Shown one piece after another: positions 1 through 8,783 of a stretch of 64,000 nucleotides of DNA (positions are counted from its first letter, which is position 1; every line of letters starts with the position of its first letter). The notes beneath the pieces are model-generated. The model did no database searches, was not told the origin of the DNA, and saw only the letters and a program-made list of their open reading frames with translations. The translations under genes and the position numbers were made by a program. This stretch comes from Candidatus Latescibacterota bacterium (GTDB lineage: Bacteria > Latescibacterota > UBA2968 > UBA8231): assembly GCA_965242865.1 (NCBI GenBank), contig CBDETK010000013.1:768001-832000 (forward strand). The letters run 5' to 3'.

Positions 1-1
1 C

Positions 2-1558
2 GGCATCACCGACACCTACGGCAATATATTCACCGTCCAGACCAAGGGCGGCTGGCGCGAGAGCGGGGTGTGGTGGGCCGTTGACTTAGGGGCGTTGTTT
101 TGGCTCGACGAAGCCTTCATCTACTGGCAGCATCGCGGCGAGGGCCAGTCGAGCTTCCTGTTTGAGGGGTTGCAGGCCGGCACCGGCTACCAAATCCTCT
201 TTTCCGATGGCCGGCGCACCATTGCCGGCGACATCGATTACACGCCGCTCATCGTAGAACCTAGGCCGATCACCAGTGCGGAGTGGGCCTTGCGCCACCA
301 CCGCTACGTGTTTGCCCCGCGCAAAATTCGCTACCTGTTCTGGCATTCCCTGACGGACACGGGCTGGTTTTCTCACCCCATGGAGCTGATGCTGTTCTCG
401 CCGGGCTATCCCGCGCAAGTGGTTTTGCGGTCGGGGTTTATCGACCTCGGCCAGCTCGCCGGCGACGACCGCCCCAAGGCCATTAAGCGCTTGCGCTGGG
501 AGGCCACGACGCCCGAGCAGACGCGGTTGCAGGTGCGCTCGCGGTCGGGCAATACCTTGCAAGAGCTGTACACGTTTTACGACAAAAAGGGCGATGAAGT
601 CACCCAGACGCGCTACAACAGCTTGCCCAAAGTCATCCGCGGCCCCATTGACACCCTAGTGGTCGTCGGGGCCGATTGGAGCGCGTGGAGCAATTTTTAC
701 CAGTTTTCCGGCGAGGCGTTTAAGTCGGAGACGCCGCGCCGCTTTATCCAGTTGGAGCTAATGCTCTCCACCGAGGACCCCGCCATCGCGCCGGTGTTAC
801 ACGCCCTCAGCCTCGATTTTGAGGACGCGCTGGTCACTTGGGCGGCCGGGCAGGTCTGGCCGCGCCAGGCCGCGCCCAACGAGGCAACGCGATTTACCTA
901 CGCGCTGCAGACGAGCGCGGACGAGGCCGACTCGGGCTTTGATCGGCTGCGCTTTTCCACGCCGAGTGCGGTGGATGCCGAGGATGTGCGGCTGTGGATC
1001 GGGGGGGCCGAACGCGCCGCACACGTGCGCGTAGCCGGGGATTCCCTGTTGTTCGTGGATTTGCCGGAGACGGTGCGCACCGATTCGATCGCCTTGGCAT
1101 TTACGACCAAGGTGCTGCGCAACGCCACGGTCTTTGCCGCGGATTTGGGGCAGGAGGCGCGGCCCGGGCTGTGGCAATCGGTGGAAGCGGCCGAGCGGCA
1201 GGCCAACTTGGTGTTTCTGCCCGATTTGCCCGGCAACGAGCGGTTGATCGGGGATTTGCAGATCGCGCCATCGGCCTTTTCGCCCAATGGCGATGGCATC
1301 AACGACCGCCTGCAGATTCGCTTTGCCTTGTTCAAGGCCGTTGATGTCACCCCGAGCGTACGCATTTTCGACCTAGCAGGGCGGGAAGTGGTGCGCCTCG
1401 CAGGGTCGGCTGGGGGCGATGTGTTGCAATCGTTTAGTTGGGGTGGGTTGGACGCGTCGGGGGATCGGGTCGCGCCCGGGATGTACGTGTGCCGCATTGA
1501 CGCGGGCGCGGACGCCGGGCAGGGCCAAGTCGTCCGCACCATCGCCGTAGCCTATTGA
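2..1558 (+). CDS. Large secreted-type protein with C-terminal FlgD Ig-like domain (5'-truncated by the window)
   Basis: The frame is open from position 2. The C-terminus FSPNGDGIND...IFDLAGREV...WGGLDASGDRVAPGMY is a typical FlgD-Ig/CTD signature. Confidence 0.75.
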   Translation, partial: GITDTYGNIFTVQTKGGWRESGVWWAVDLGALFWLDEAFIYWQHRGEGQSSFLFEGLQAGTGYQILFSDGRRTIAGDIDYTPLIVEPRPITSAEWALRHHRYVFAPRKIRYLFWHSLTDTGWFSHPMELMLFSPGYPAQVVLRSGFIDLGQLAGDDRPKAIKRLRWEATTPEQTRLQVRSRSGNTLQELYTFYDKKGDEVTQTRYNSLPKVIRGPIDTLVVVGADWSAWSNFYQFSGEAFKSETPRRFIQLELMLSTEDPAIAPVLHALSLDFEDALVTWAAGQVWPRQAAPNEATRFTYALQTSADEADSGFDRLRFSTPSAVDAEDVRLWIGGAERAAHVRVAGDSLLFVDLPETVRTDSIALAFTTKVLRNATVFAADLGQEARPGLWQSVEAAERQANLVFLPDLPGNERLIGDLQIAPSAFSPNGDGINDRLQIRFALFKAVDVTPSVRIFDLAGREVVRLAGSAGGDVLQSFSWGGLDASGDRVAPGMYVCRIDAGADAGQGQVVRTIAVAY

Positions 1559-1566
1559 GGAAAGCC

Positions 1567-3441
1567 ATGACTGTCGCCCCGGCCGTGTACCGCGAGCAAA
1601 AGTGGATCATCTCGCCTTTTGGCGACCTGTTCTTTTTTATTGGCACGCCCCTGCTGTGCTTGGTGACCATGCTGCCGTTGCGGGCCGCGTTTGACTCCCA
1701 GACCATTGCGTTCTACGCGCTGGCTCTGTTTGCCACCGGCCATCACTTGCCCGGGTTTATGCGCGCCTACGGCGACCCGGCGCTGTTTAGCACCTTCAAG
1801 GAAAAGTTCGTAGTCGCGCCGCTCGTCGTCCTCCTAGTGGTGGCGCTGGCGCAGTTCAACACCCTGCACGGGTTGTTCCTGATCGTCTTGGTGTGGGAGA
1901 TCTGGCACCTCTTTATGCAGCACTACGGCATCATGCGGATCTACGATGCCAAAAACAAAATTTTCTCCAAAATTGACGCCCGGCTCGACTGGCTGCTGAC
2001 CTTGTGCGCCTTTGTCACGGTGGTCATCTACAGCCCGGAATACTTCCATCGCATCCTAGACCACAACCAGCGCGTTGGCGTGCCCTTTCTGTCGGCCGAG
2101 TGGACATTCCTGCTCAAAAAGGGGCTGTTCTATGGCACGATGGCCGTGCTCGCGGCTTACTTGGCCAACATCGTCCGGCGGGCGGTCACCGGCCAGAAGA
2201 TCAGCCTGCCCAAGATCGCGGTGATGGCGACGACCGTGTTCATCATCTACTACGGCTGGATCCACATCAACGACCTCGTCATTGGCTACGCGGCCTTTGC
2301 CGTTTTCCACGACATCCAGTACTTCGCCATCGTCTGGGTTTACAACAACAACCTCGTCAAACGGCAGGAGCGCACCACCAAGCTCCTGCGCACCTTCTTC
2401 ACCACGCGCACCGTGCCGATACTGGTCGCGTACATGCTGGTGTGCTTTGCCTACGGCAGCATCAACATGATGGAGGGCTTTCTCAAGTCCGAGCAGGCCA
2501 TCAAAATGGTCGAAATCTTCGTCATCACCTCGACGCTTTTGCACTACTACTTCGACGGGTTTATCTGGAAAATCCGCGACCGCAAAAACCAAGCCAATCT
2601 GGGGATCAGGGCCGAGGCCGGCGCGGACCGCATTGGCCTGCGGGCCTTGCCCAGCGGCGTGGTCGCGTACGTGCGCGAGGCCGGCCGGCAGGTGGCCTAT
2701 TTTGCGGTGCCGGTGGTGGGGCTGTCGCTCTTTCAGTTTTACTGGACGGCCAACGAGGCCGAGGCGCGGGAGAAGATGGTCGAACTGTTCCCGGACTTGG
2801 CCGGCGCTCACAACAACCTCGGCGTCTTTTATGCGCGGCAGGGCGATTGGGAGCGGGCGGCCGGCGAGTATCAGCGTGCGCTCGAGCTGGACGCCGGGGC
2901 TTATGAGGCCCACAAGAACCTCGGCCTGCTCTATGCGCGGCAGGGCTTGCTCGAGGAGGCGCACCGTCACTACCAGCAGGCCATAGACCGCAAGCCGCGC
3001 TACGTCGAAGCGCTCAACGCGCAGGGCTTAGTCTTTTTGCAGCGGGGCGAGTTTGCCCAAGCCGAGCAACGCTTCCGCGAGGCCCTCGACGAGTTTGACT
3101 ACGCCCCGGCGTACAACAACCTCGGCACGGCCTATTTGCAGATGGGCAATGTGCCGCAGGCGTTGGCGGCCTACGAAAAGGCCGTCGCGCTCGACCGGCT
3201 CGACGCCTCTCATCACTTCAACTTGGGGTTGGCCTTGCAGAAAGCGGGCGAGGACGAGCGGGCAATCGCCGCGTTTGCCGCGGCCCTCTCCGTCCAGCCG
3301 CGCCACGTCAAAGCCTATTTGAGCACGGCGCTGTCCCACCAGCGGCTGGGCCACCTCGCCGAAGCGCGGCAGGCTTTGCAGCAGCTATTGGCGGTGGACC
3401 CGAACCATGCCACGGCCGCACGGCTGCTGGCCCGGCTCTAG
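1567..3441 (+). CDS. Polytopic membrane protein with His-rich motifs fused to a C-terminal TPR domain
   Basis: ATG at 1567 follows a GAGGA RBS. There are multiple hydrophobic helices with the motifs GHH, WHxxxQH, FHDIQY and LHYYFDGFIW, and TPR repeats (AHNNLG, AHKNLG, AYNNLG, HFNLG). Confidence 0.8.
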   Translation: MTVAPAVYREQKWIISPFGDLFFFIGTPLLCLVTMLPLRAAFDSQTIAFYALALFATGHHLPGFMRAYGDPALFSTFKEKFVVAPLVVLLVVALAQFNTLHGLFLIVLVWEIWHLFMQHYGIMRIYDAKNKIFSKIDARLDWLLTLCAFVTVVIYSPEYFHRILDHNQRVGVPFLSAEWTFLLKKGLFYGTMAVLAAYLANIVRRAVTGQKISLPKIAVMATTVFIIYYGWIHINDLVIGYAAFAVFHDIQYFAIVWVYNNNLVKRQERTTKLLRTFFTTRTVPILVAYMLVCFAYGSINMMEGFLKSEQAIKMVEIFVITSTLLHYYFDGFIWKIRDRKNQANLGIRAEAGADRIGLRALPSGVVAYVREAGRQVAYFAVPVVGLSLFQFYWTANEAEAREKMVELFPDLAGAHNNLGVFYARQGDWERAAGEYQRALELDAGAYEAHKNLGLLYARQGLLEEAHRHYQQAIDRKPRYVEALNAQGLVFLQRGEFAQAEQRFREALDEFDYAPAYNNLGTAYLQMGNVPQALAAYEKAVALDRLDASHHFNLGLALQKAGEDERAIAAFAAALSVQPRHVKAYLSTALSHQRLGHLAEARQALQQLLAVDPNHATAARLLARL

Positions 3442-5873
3442 CGGCGAGCCAGCGCGAGGGGATAGATGGCTAGCGGCTCTAAGGCCGCGGCGTCTTCGCG
3501 CACCCAGTACACTCCATCGGACGGCACGTCGGTGAAAACTTGCACCGTGCCCGACGGCCAATGCAAAGTCAGTTCGTCGAGTCGCTCCGCGTTCCCCAGC
3601 CCGATTTCCTGTTGTAAGGTCGAAGCCCCAAAGCTCGCGCCCGTGCCGGCGAGGATGTGGATGGTGCGCGCCCCGGCGCGGGCTTGAATCCGCGTCCCGA
3701 TCCCGGCGCGATTCGACCGAGTGCCCTCCAGCTTGAGAGTGATATAGTGGTTGCCGTGCCCGGGGTTTTCAAAGAGCACATTGGTGTACACGTCCCCGGA
3801 ATAGGCCCCGCCGATCACGGCGTAGAGGTCTTGATCTCCGTCGTTGTCGAGATCGCCGAAGGCGACGCCGTGGCCCTTTTGCAGGTGCCCGAAGCCGCCG
3901 GACGTGGTCACGTCTTCAAAACGCTGCCCGCCGGCGTTGCGGAACATGCGGTTGGGCATGAGCGAGCGGTAGTCTGGGTCGCCGGTGCCCACGTAGAAAT
4001 CGAGCCAGCCATCGTTGTCGAGGTCGCCGAAGTTGCAGCCCATGGTGTAGAGCACTTTGTCGCTGTGGGTTGGTGCGGCTACATCGACAAAGGTGCCGTC
4101 GCCTTGGTTGCGGTAGAGGCGCGGCGGCTCGCCCTTGTGCGGCAGGCCGAGGTAATCGGCGGCCACATCGCCGGCGTCGGCCTTGTAGCCCGACGCGAAC
4201 AGGTCGAGCCAGCCATCGTTGTCGTAGTCCCAAAACCACACCGGAAAGCTGAACGTCGGTTGGCTCACCCCAGCGCGGGCGGTGATGTCGGAGAAACGCC
4301 AGCGGCCGTCGGCGTCCGGGCCGTCGTTGTGGAAGAGCAGGTTGGGCTGGCCGAGGCGGGAGATGTACAGGTCGGGCCGGCGGTCGTTGTCTATGTCGCC
4401 CCAAGCTACCCCTTTGACAAAACCCACCACATCGAGGCCGACGGCTGGGGCCACATCGACGAAGGTGCCGTCGCCTTGGTTGTGGAACAACTCGCAGGGA
4501 TGCCGCTGTTGGGCGGAGGACTCGTTGCCCACGAACAGGTCGAGCCAGCCGTCGTTGTCAAAGTCGGCCCAAGCCGCCGTCTGGGTGGGATGCAGCGTGA
4601 GCAGCCCGGCCGCTTGGGTCACGTCGGCAAAGGTGCCGTCGCCTTGGTTGTGCAACAGCGAGTTGGGATGAAGCCCGTCGGCCCCAAACCAGCCGCCGCG
4701 CAGGACGAGCACATCGGCAAAGCCATCGTTGTCAAAATCCGTCTGCACGGCGTTGAGCCCGCCGACTAGGCCGGTCAAGCCCGCCGCGACCGTGCGGTCG
4801 GCAAAGGTGCCGTCGCCTTGGTTGCGGAAGTAGCGCAGGGGATCGCTGAGGCCCCAAGAAGTGGCCATGATGTCGAGGAAGCCGTCGTTGTCAAAGTCTT
4901 CCATGATGCCGCCTCCGGCCAAGCCGAGGGCATTCAAGCCGAGGGCCGGGGCGCGGTCCGGGAAGCGGCCAATGTCGGCGTCCGAGGTAAAGACTGCTGG
5001 GGGAATGAGTTGGGCGGCGGGCACTGCGTGGGGATATTCGCCCACGGTCATGTAGGCGATATTGAGCAACCAGCGTGCGGTTAGGTCGTAGGGCTTTTTG
5101 GCCAACAGGGCGCGGTAATAGGCCATGGCCGTGCGCGATCCGGCTTGTATCTGGTGGACGCCCTCGGCCGCGATGGGCAGCAGGCAGGAGGCGAGGTTGT
5201 GGTGGTCGATACAGTTTTGCTGCTCTCCGAGCCGCAAATAGGCGAGGGCGATCATCTCGTCGAGGCTCGGTCGGGTGCGGAAGCGGTGGGCGTCGGCTTG
5301 GGCGCGCACCTGCTCAAACAGGGTAGCGGCCTCGGCGGACGCGCCAGCGCGCAACAGCTCTTTGGCCAGCTCGACCTGTTGGCTGAGTTGTTGCACTGGG
5401 TCGTCGGGTACAGGCTGGCGGCGCAGATAGTCAACTCGGCGCTGACTCAAATAGATGTTGTCTGCGGCATTGGCCTGCGCGGCTAGAGCGGCGAGTTGCT
5501 CGGCCATGCGCTGAGTGCCGGGCGCCTGATAGGGCTCGGGTGTGCAGCTCGCCAGCGCGAGGACCAAGACTAGGACACGACCCAGGCGTTCGCCGCCCCG
5601 GGATCGAGGGCATCTTGCCCTCGTCAAGGGCGGGACGCCCTCGATCCCAGGCGTTTGTCGCCGTTGAGTCGCTCGTCGCCTCGTCGAGGGCGGGACACCC
5701 TCGCTCCCGGCCGCTCGTCGCCTCGTCGAGGGCCTCCCGGACGTTCGCCACCGTTGAGCCGCTTGTAGCCTCGTTGAGGGTGGGACGCCCTCGCTCCCGG
5801 CCGCAGCCGGACCAGCCGAAAACGGGCGAGGACGCAGCCGGACCAGAAGAAAATGCCTCGCGTACTTAGACAC
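3438..5873 (-). CDS. CRTAC1-family FG-GAP repeat / ASPIC-UnbV protein, probable lipoprotein (start uncertain)
   Basis: Repeated DFDNDGWLDLF motifs, an ASPIC/UnbV-like C-terminus (SNRAGIG..IGLG..WPSG) and a lipobox-like LALASC near 5545-5560. The N-terminal ~95 codons run through REP-like repeats. Confidence 0.85.
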   Translation of the reverse strand: MSKYARHFLLVRLRPRPFSAGPAAAGSEGVPPSTRLQAAQRWRTSGRPSTRRRAAGSEGVPPSTRRRATQRRQTPGIEGVPPLTRARCPRSRGGERLGRVLVLVLALASCTPEPYQAPGTQRMAEQLAALAAQANAADNIYLSQRRVDYLRRQPVPDDPVQQLSQQVELAKELLRAGASAEAATLFEQVRAQADAHRFRTRPSLDEMIALAYLRLGEQQNCIDHHNLASCLLPIAAEGVHQIQAGSRTAMAYYRALLAKKPYDLTARWLLNIAYMTVGEYPHAVPAAQLIPPAVFTSDADIGRFPDRAPALGLNALGLAGGGIMEDFDNDGFLDIMATSWGLSDPLRYFRNQGDGTFADRTVAAGLTGLVGGLNAVQTDFDNDGFADVLVLRGGWFGADGLHPNSLLHNQGDGTFADVTQAAGLLTLHPTQTAAWADFDNDGWLDLFVGNESSAQQRHPCELFHNQGDGTFVDVAPAVGLDVVGFVKGVAWGDIDNDRRPDLYISRLGQPNLLFHNDGPDADGRWRFSDITARAGVSQPTFSFPVWFWDYDNDGWLDLFASGYKADAGDVAADYLGLPHKGEPPRLYRNQGDGTFVDVAAPTHSDKVLYTMGCNFGDLDNDGWLDFYVGTGDPDYRSLMPNRMFRNAGGQRFEDVTTSGGFGHLQKGHGVAFGDLDNDGDQDLYAVIGGAYSGDVYTNVLFENPGHGNHYITLKLEGTRSNRAGIGTRIQARAGARTIHILAGTGASFGASTLQQEIGLGNAERLDELTLHWPSGTVQVFTDVPSDGVYWVREDAAALEPLAIYPLALARR
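5600..5800. repeat. Cluster of REP-like palindromes (GAGGGCGGGACGCCCTCG[A/C]TCCC family)
   Basis: Copies at ~5625-5648, ~5685-5708 and ~5775-5798, a degenerate copy at ~5727-5738, and an inverted copy at 5600-5623 that forms a long hairpin with the first. Confidence 0.8.
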
Positions 5874-5894
5874 AGGGGTTCATTCCGTCGGCTT

Positions 5895-8783
5895 TTACTT
5901 TACCAAGGTCAAGTGCTTGGTGGCCGAATAGGCTCCGGCGTGTAAGCGGTAGAAATAGGTGCCGCTGGCGACTGCGCGACCGGCGTCGTCGCGGCCATCC
6001 CACTCGGAGCGGTAGCGGCCGGCCGCGAGATGGCCGGTGACCAAGGTGCGGACCTGTTGGCCGATTGCGTCGTAGATGGCCAATTCGACCGCGGCCGGGG
6101 CCGCTAGCTGGAAGGCGATCGTCGTGGTCGCATTGAAGGGGTTGGGGTAGTTCTGGGCGAGGGCCGAGGCGGCCGGGGGGACCGCTTTGGCCGCGCCCGC
6201 GTCGAGGTCGGCGATCCACGCCGCGATGAGCTCGGCCCCTTGCTCATCGACGACGGACGAGGCCAGCGGCGGCATGCGAAAGGTGCCCGACGTCAGCATC
6301 CGCAGGTAGAGCGTGGAACGCTGGGGTGCTCCCGGGGTGAGGATGCGGGCTTCTAACTCGCCCAAATCCCCGAGCGTGGGGAACGCCCCAACGGTATGGG
6401 TTGCGGCCAAGGGCGTGTCGTAGCGCAGGTCGATGATGGTGCGGCCCACGCTTTCGGGCCGGTGGCACGGGGCGCAGTTGACGTGCAGGTACGAGCGGGC
6501 GCGCAAGTCGAGCGGGACGCTGGGGTCAAAGGGGTTGGGCAGGCGGGGCACAGAGGACAGGTCCGCGGGCAGGTCTGCGGTGAAAAGGCCCTGTTGGGCG
6601 AGGGTGTGCAACTGGTCCGTGTGGAGTTGGGCCGTTTGGACGCCGAGGACTTGGCCCGCGCCTTTGGTGTGGCAGACCGCGCAGTCTTGGCGTGCGGGAA
6701 AGTAGTAATCCTGCAAGAAAAAGCCCACGGGATCTTGCGGGTCGTCGATTACGTAGGTAACGGTCGTGCTGTCGGCGAGCAATGAGGCGTCGGTGCCGGC
6801 TTCGTTCCACTGGTAGCTATATCCGTCCCAGCCAGCGCCGCGCTTTAGGAGGAAGCGCGTTTCGACAATGCGCCGGCTGGCTAGGTCGCCGCGCACCAAG
6901 TCGAGGTAAAAGTTCTTGATCAGGAGGGTTTGGTCGGGAAAGCGCCAAGGGCCGCGGCCGGCAAAGTCAATGCGCTCGCCGGGCGGCAGACGAATAAACC
7001 GCGTTTTGGTCGCCCCATCGGACCAAAACGGCGCGTTGACTTCGTACGGCACCACGCCGGCCGCCGGGGTTTGCGCGCCTAAATCGCTGAAAACCTGCGC
7101 GTCCGCCAAGCGCGGCGGCGGGAACTCCTCCGGCGGCAGGGTGATTTCCCACAACCCGCGCTCGCCGCCCCATTCAATTACATAGAGGCGATGGCCGATG
7201 ATTTCCGCGTCAATGGGGTTGGAAAACCCACCGACGAGGCGGGTGACGTGCGCTTGGTACTGGTCGCCGACTTTTTCTAAATCGAGATGCAGCAAGTCTT
7301 GGCTGGGATCGTTGAACGGGCCGTTGACGCTGTCGCCGTTGGGATCGCCCGGGGTCCAGCTAAGGACGAAGCCATCGCCGCGCAATGGTTCGGCTAGGGC
7401 TTGATCCGCGTCGAACACCAAGCCGAGCGGCGAGCGGTGGGCGGTAAAGGTGCCGAAGCGCACGCCCTCGTCGCTGGCGTCTTTGATGCGGCCATCGGCT
7501 GGGTCGCGGTACGCGTCCGCGTCCGGGCCGAGGTTGATCACCGGATCGGTAAAAGCGCGTGGCGGGGGTGGGTACGAGGGATCGTTGTGGTAGTAGCCTT
7601 CGCGCACGGCTGTGGAGCGGGGGGAGAGCAGCAAGTCGGTGGCTGGGTCGTAGTCGGGGAATTGCTGGGGGGTATCGTCGAGTCCCATGCGCCACGGGAA
7701 GCCGTAGTGATGCCTGGGGCGCAGCCAGTTGAGTTCCTCGGGCATGTCGCGGCCCGGCCCGTTTTCCGTGGCAAAGAGGTCGCCGTTGGGCGCGAACGCG
7801 AGGTCGTAGGCGTTGCGCAGCCCCTCGGCAAAGAGGAAGCCGCGGTCGAGCAGGGCATAGCGGTCGTTGGGCAGCACGAGGTCGCGGGCATCGGTGGGGA
7901 CGCGCAGGATTATCGCGGTGAGGGCGGTTTCGCGCAGGTCGGGGAAGGCCCCGTTGCCGTCTTGGATTTCGCCGTGGTCCGTGCGGGAGCCGCTGTTGAT
8001 GAACAGGGAGCGGTTGTCCGGGCTGACGACGAGTCCGTTGACCTCGTGGTTGTAGATGCAGTCGCACCGCTCGTAGGGCGCGGTTTCTGCGAGGGTGAAA
8101 AAGGTGCGCTCGCCACTGGTTGGATCGACCTCGCCCTTGGTGATGGTGGCGATGTTGTACATGGACAGGTCGATGCGCTTGAGGACGTAAAAAGTGCCGG
8201 CGTCGTCGATAAACAGCGCGCTGGGGCGGGTCAAGCCGTGATCGGCCGCTGTGTATATCGTGCCCGAAGGTACGAGGGTAATGTCGCCGTTGGCCTTGAG
8301 CGCGTAGCGGGTGTTGGTGGTGGGATCGCGGCCAAAAGCGTTCGCGGCGAGGATGGCGTCGATGGGGATGTCGGCGGGCAAATGGTCCGGGTCGAGCGGT
8401 TCCCATTGGCGGGCGTCGTCGTCGAGCAACACGCCGTGTGCGAGGGCAAATTGGCCGCTGTCGCGGGGGCCGTGGCGATTGGACGCCAAGTAAAACGAGC
8501 CGTCCGGGCCGATGGCAAAGCCGGTAAAGCCGCTGCCAATGCCGTGGTCGCGGTGGGAATAGGCTGGGACGCGCTCGGCCGCCGCTAGGTCAACGCGCTC
8601 GATCGCGCCGTCCTGCCGCAAGAGGTAAAGGACGTCAGTGCGGGGATCCTTGGCGATGCGGATGGTGCCTTGGGCGACGCCGAGGACGCGGCGGATTGCA
8701 AGGTCGTCGCGGGTAGCCTGCGGATCAGCGGCCGCGGCCGAGCAAAGGACGACGAGCGCGGCGAGGACCTTGGCAAAGCTCAT
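5895..8783 (-). CDS. Glucose/sorbosone dehydrogenase-like beta-propeller with diheme c-type cytochrome domain and FlgD-Ig tail
   Basis: Signal peptide, GLRNAYDLAF..ENG..EELN..HYGFP (GSDH-like), two CxxCH motifs (CAVCH, CAPCH) and the QNYPNPFN...WDGRD C-terminal domain. Confidence 0.85.
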   Translation of the reverse strand: MSFAKVLAALVVLCSAAAADPQATRDDLAIRRVLGVAQGTIRIAKDPRTDVLYLLRQDGAIERVDLAAAERVPAYSHRDHGIGSGFTGFAIGPDGSFYLASNRHGPRDSGQFALAHGVLLDDDARQWEPLDPDHLPADIPIDAILAANAFGRDPTTNTRYALKANGDITLVPSGTIYTAADHGLTRPSALFIDDAGTFYVLKRIDLSMYNIATITKGEVDPTSGERTFFTLAETAPYERCDCIYNHEVNGLVVSPDNRSLFINSGSRTDHGEIQDGNGAFPDLRETALTAIILRVPTDARDLVLPNDRYALLDRGFLFAEGLRNAYDLAFAPNGDLFATENGPGRDMPEELNWLRPRHHYGFPWRMGLDDTPQQFPDYDPATDLLLSPRSTAVREGYYHNDPSYPPPPRAFTDPVINLGPDADAYRDPADGRIKDASDEGVRFGTFTAHRSPLGLVFDADQALAEPLRGDGFVLSWTPGDPNGDSVNGPFNDPSQDLLHLDLEKVGDQYQAHVTRLVGGFSNPIDAEIIGHRLYVIEWGGERGLWEITLPPEEFPPPRLADAQVFSDLGAQTPAAGVVPYEVNAPFWSDGATKTRFIRLPPGERIDFAGRGPWRFPDQTLLIKNFYLDLVRGDLASRRIVETRFLLKRGAGWDGYSYQWNEAGTDASLLADSTTVTYVIDDPQDPVGFFLQDYYFPARQDCAVCHTKGAGQVLGVQTAQLHTDQLHTLAQQGLFTADLPADLSSVPRLPNPFDPSVPLDLRARSYLHVNCAPCHRPESVGRTIIDLRYDTPLAATHTVGAFPTLGDLGELEARILTPGAPQRSTLYLRMLTSGTFRMPPLASSVVDEQGAELIAAWIADLDAGAAKAVPPAASALAQNYPNPFNATTTIAFQLAAPAAVELAIYDAIGQQVRTLVTGHLAAGRYRSEWDGRDDAGRAVASGTYFYRLHAGAYSATKHLTLVK

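Noticed and set aside
5600-5800. Possible CRISPR array
   Set aside because: Units are irregularly spaced, one is inverted, the intervening sequences resemble each other, and there are no cas1/cas2 genes. A REP-like cluster fits better.
2004-8588. Long alternative-frame ORFs (e.g. 2004-2906, 3657-4769, 7360-8406, 7401-8588)
   Set aside because: They are Arg/Pro/Gly-rich or antisense shadows of well-supported genes, as expected in high-GC DNA.
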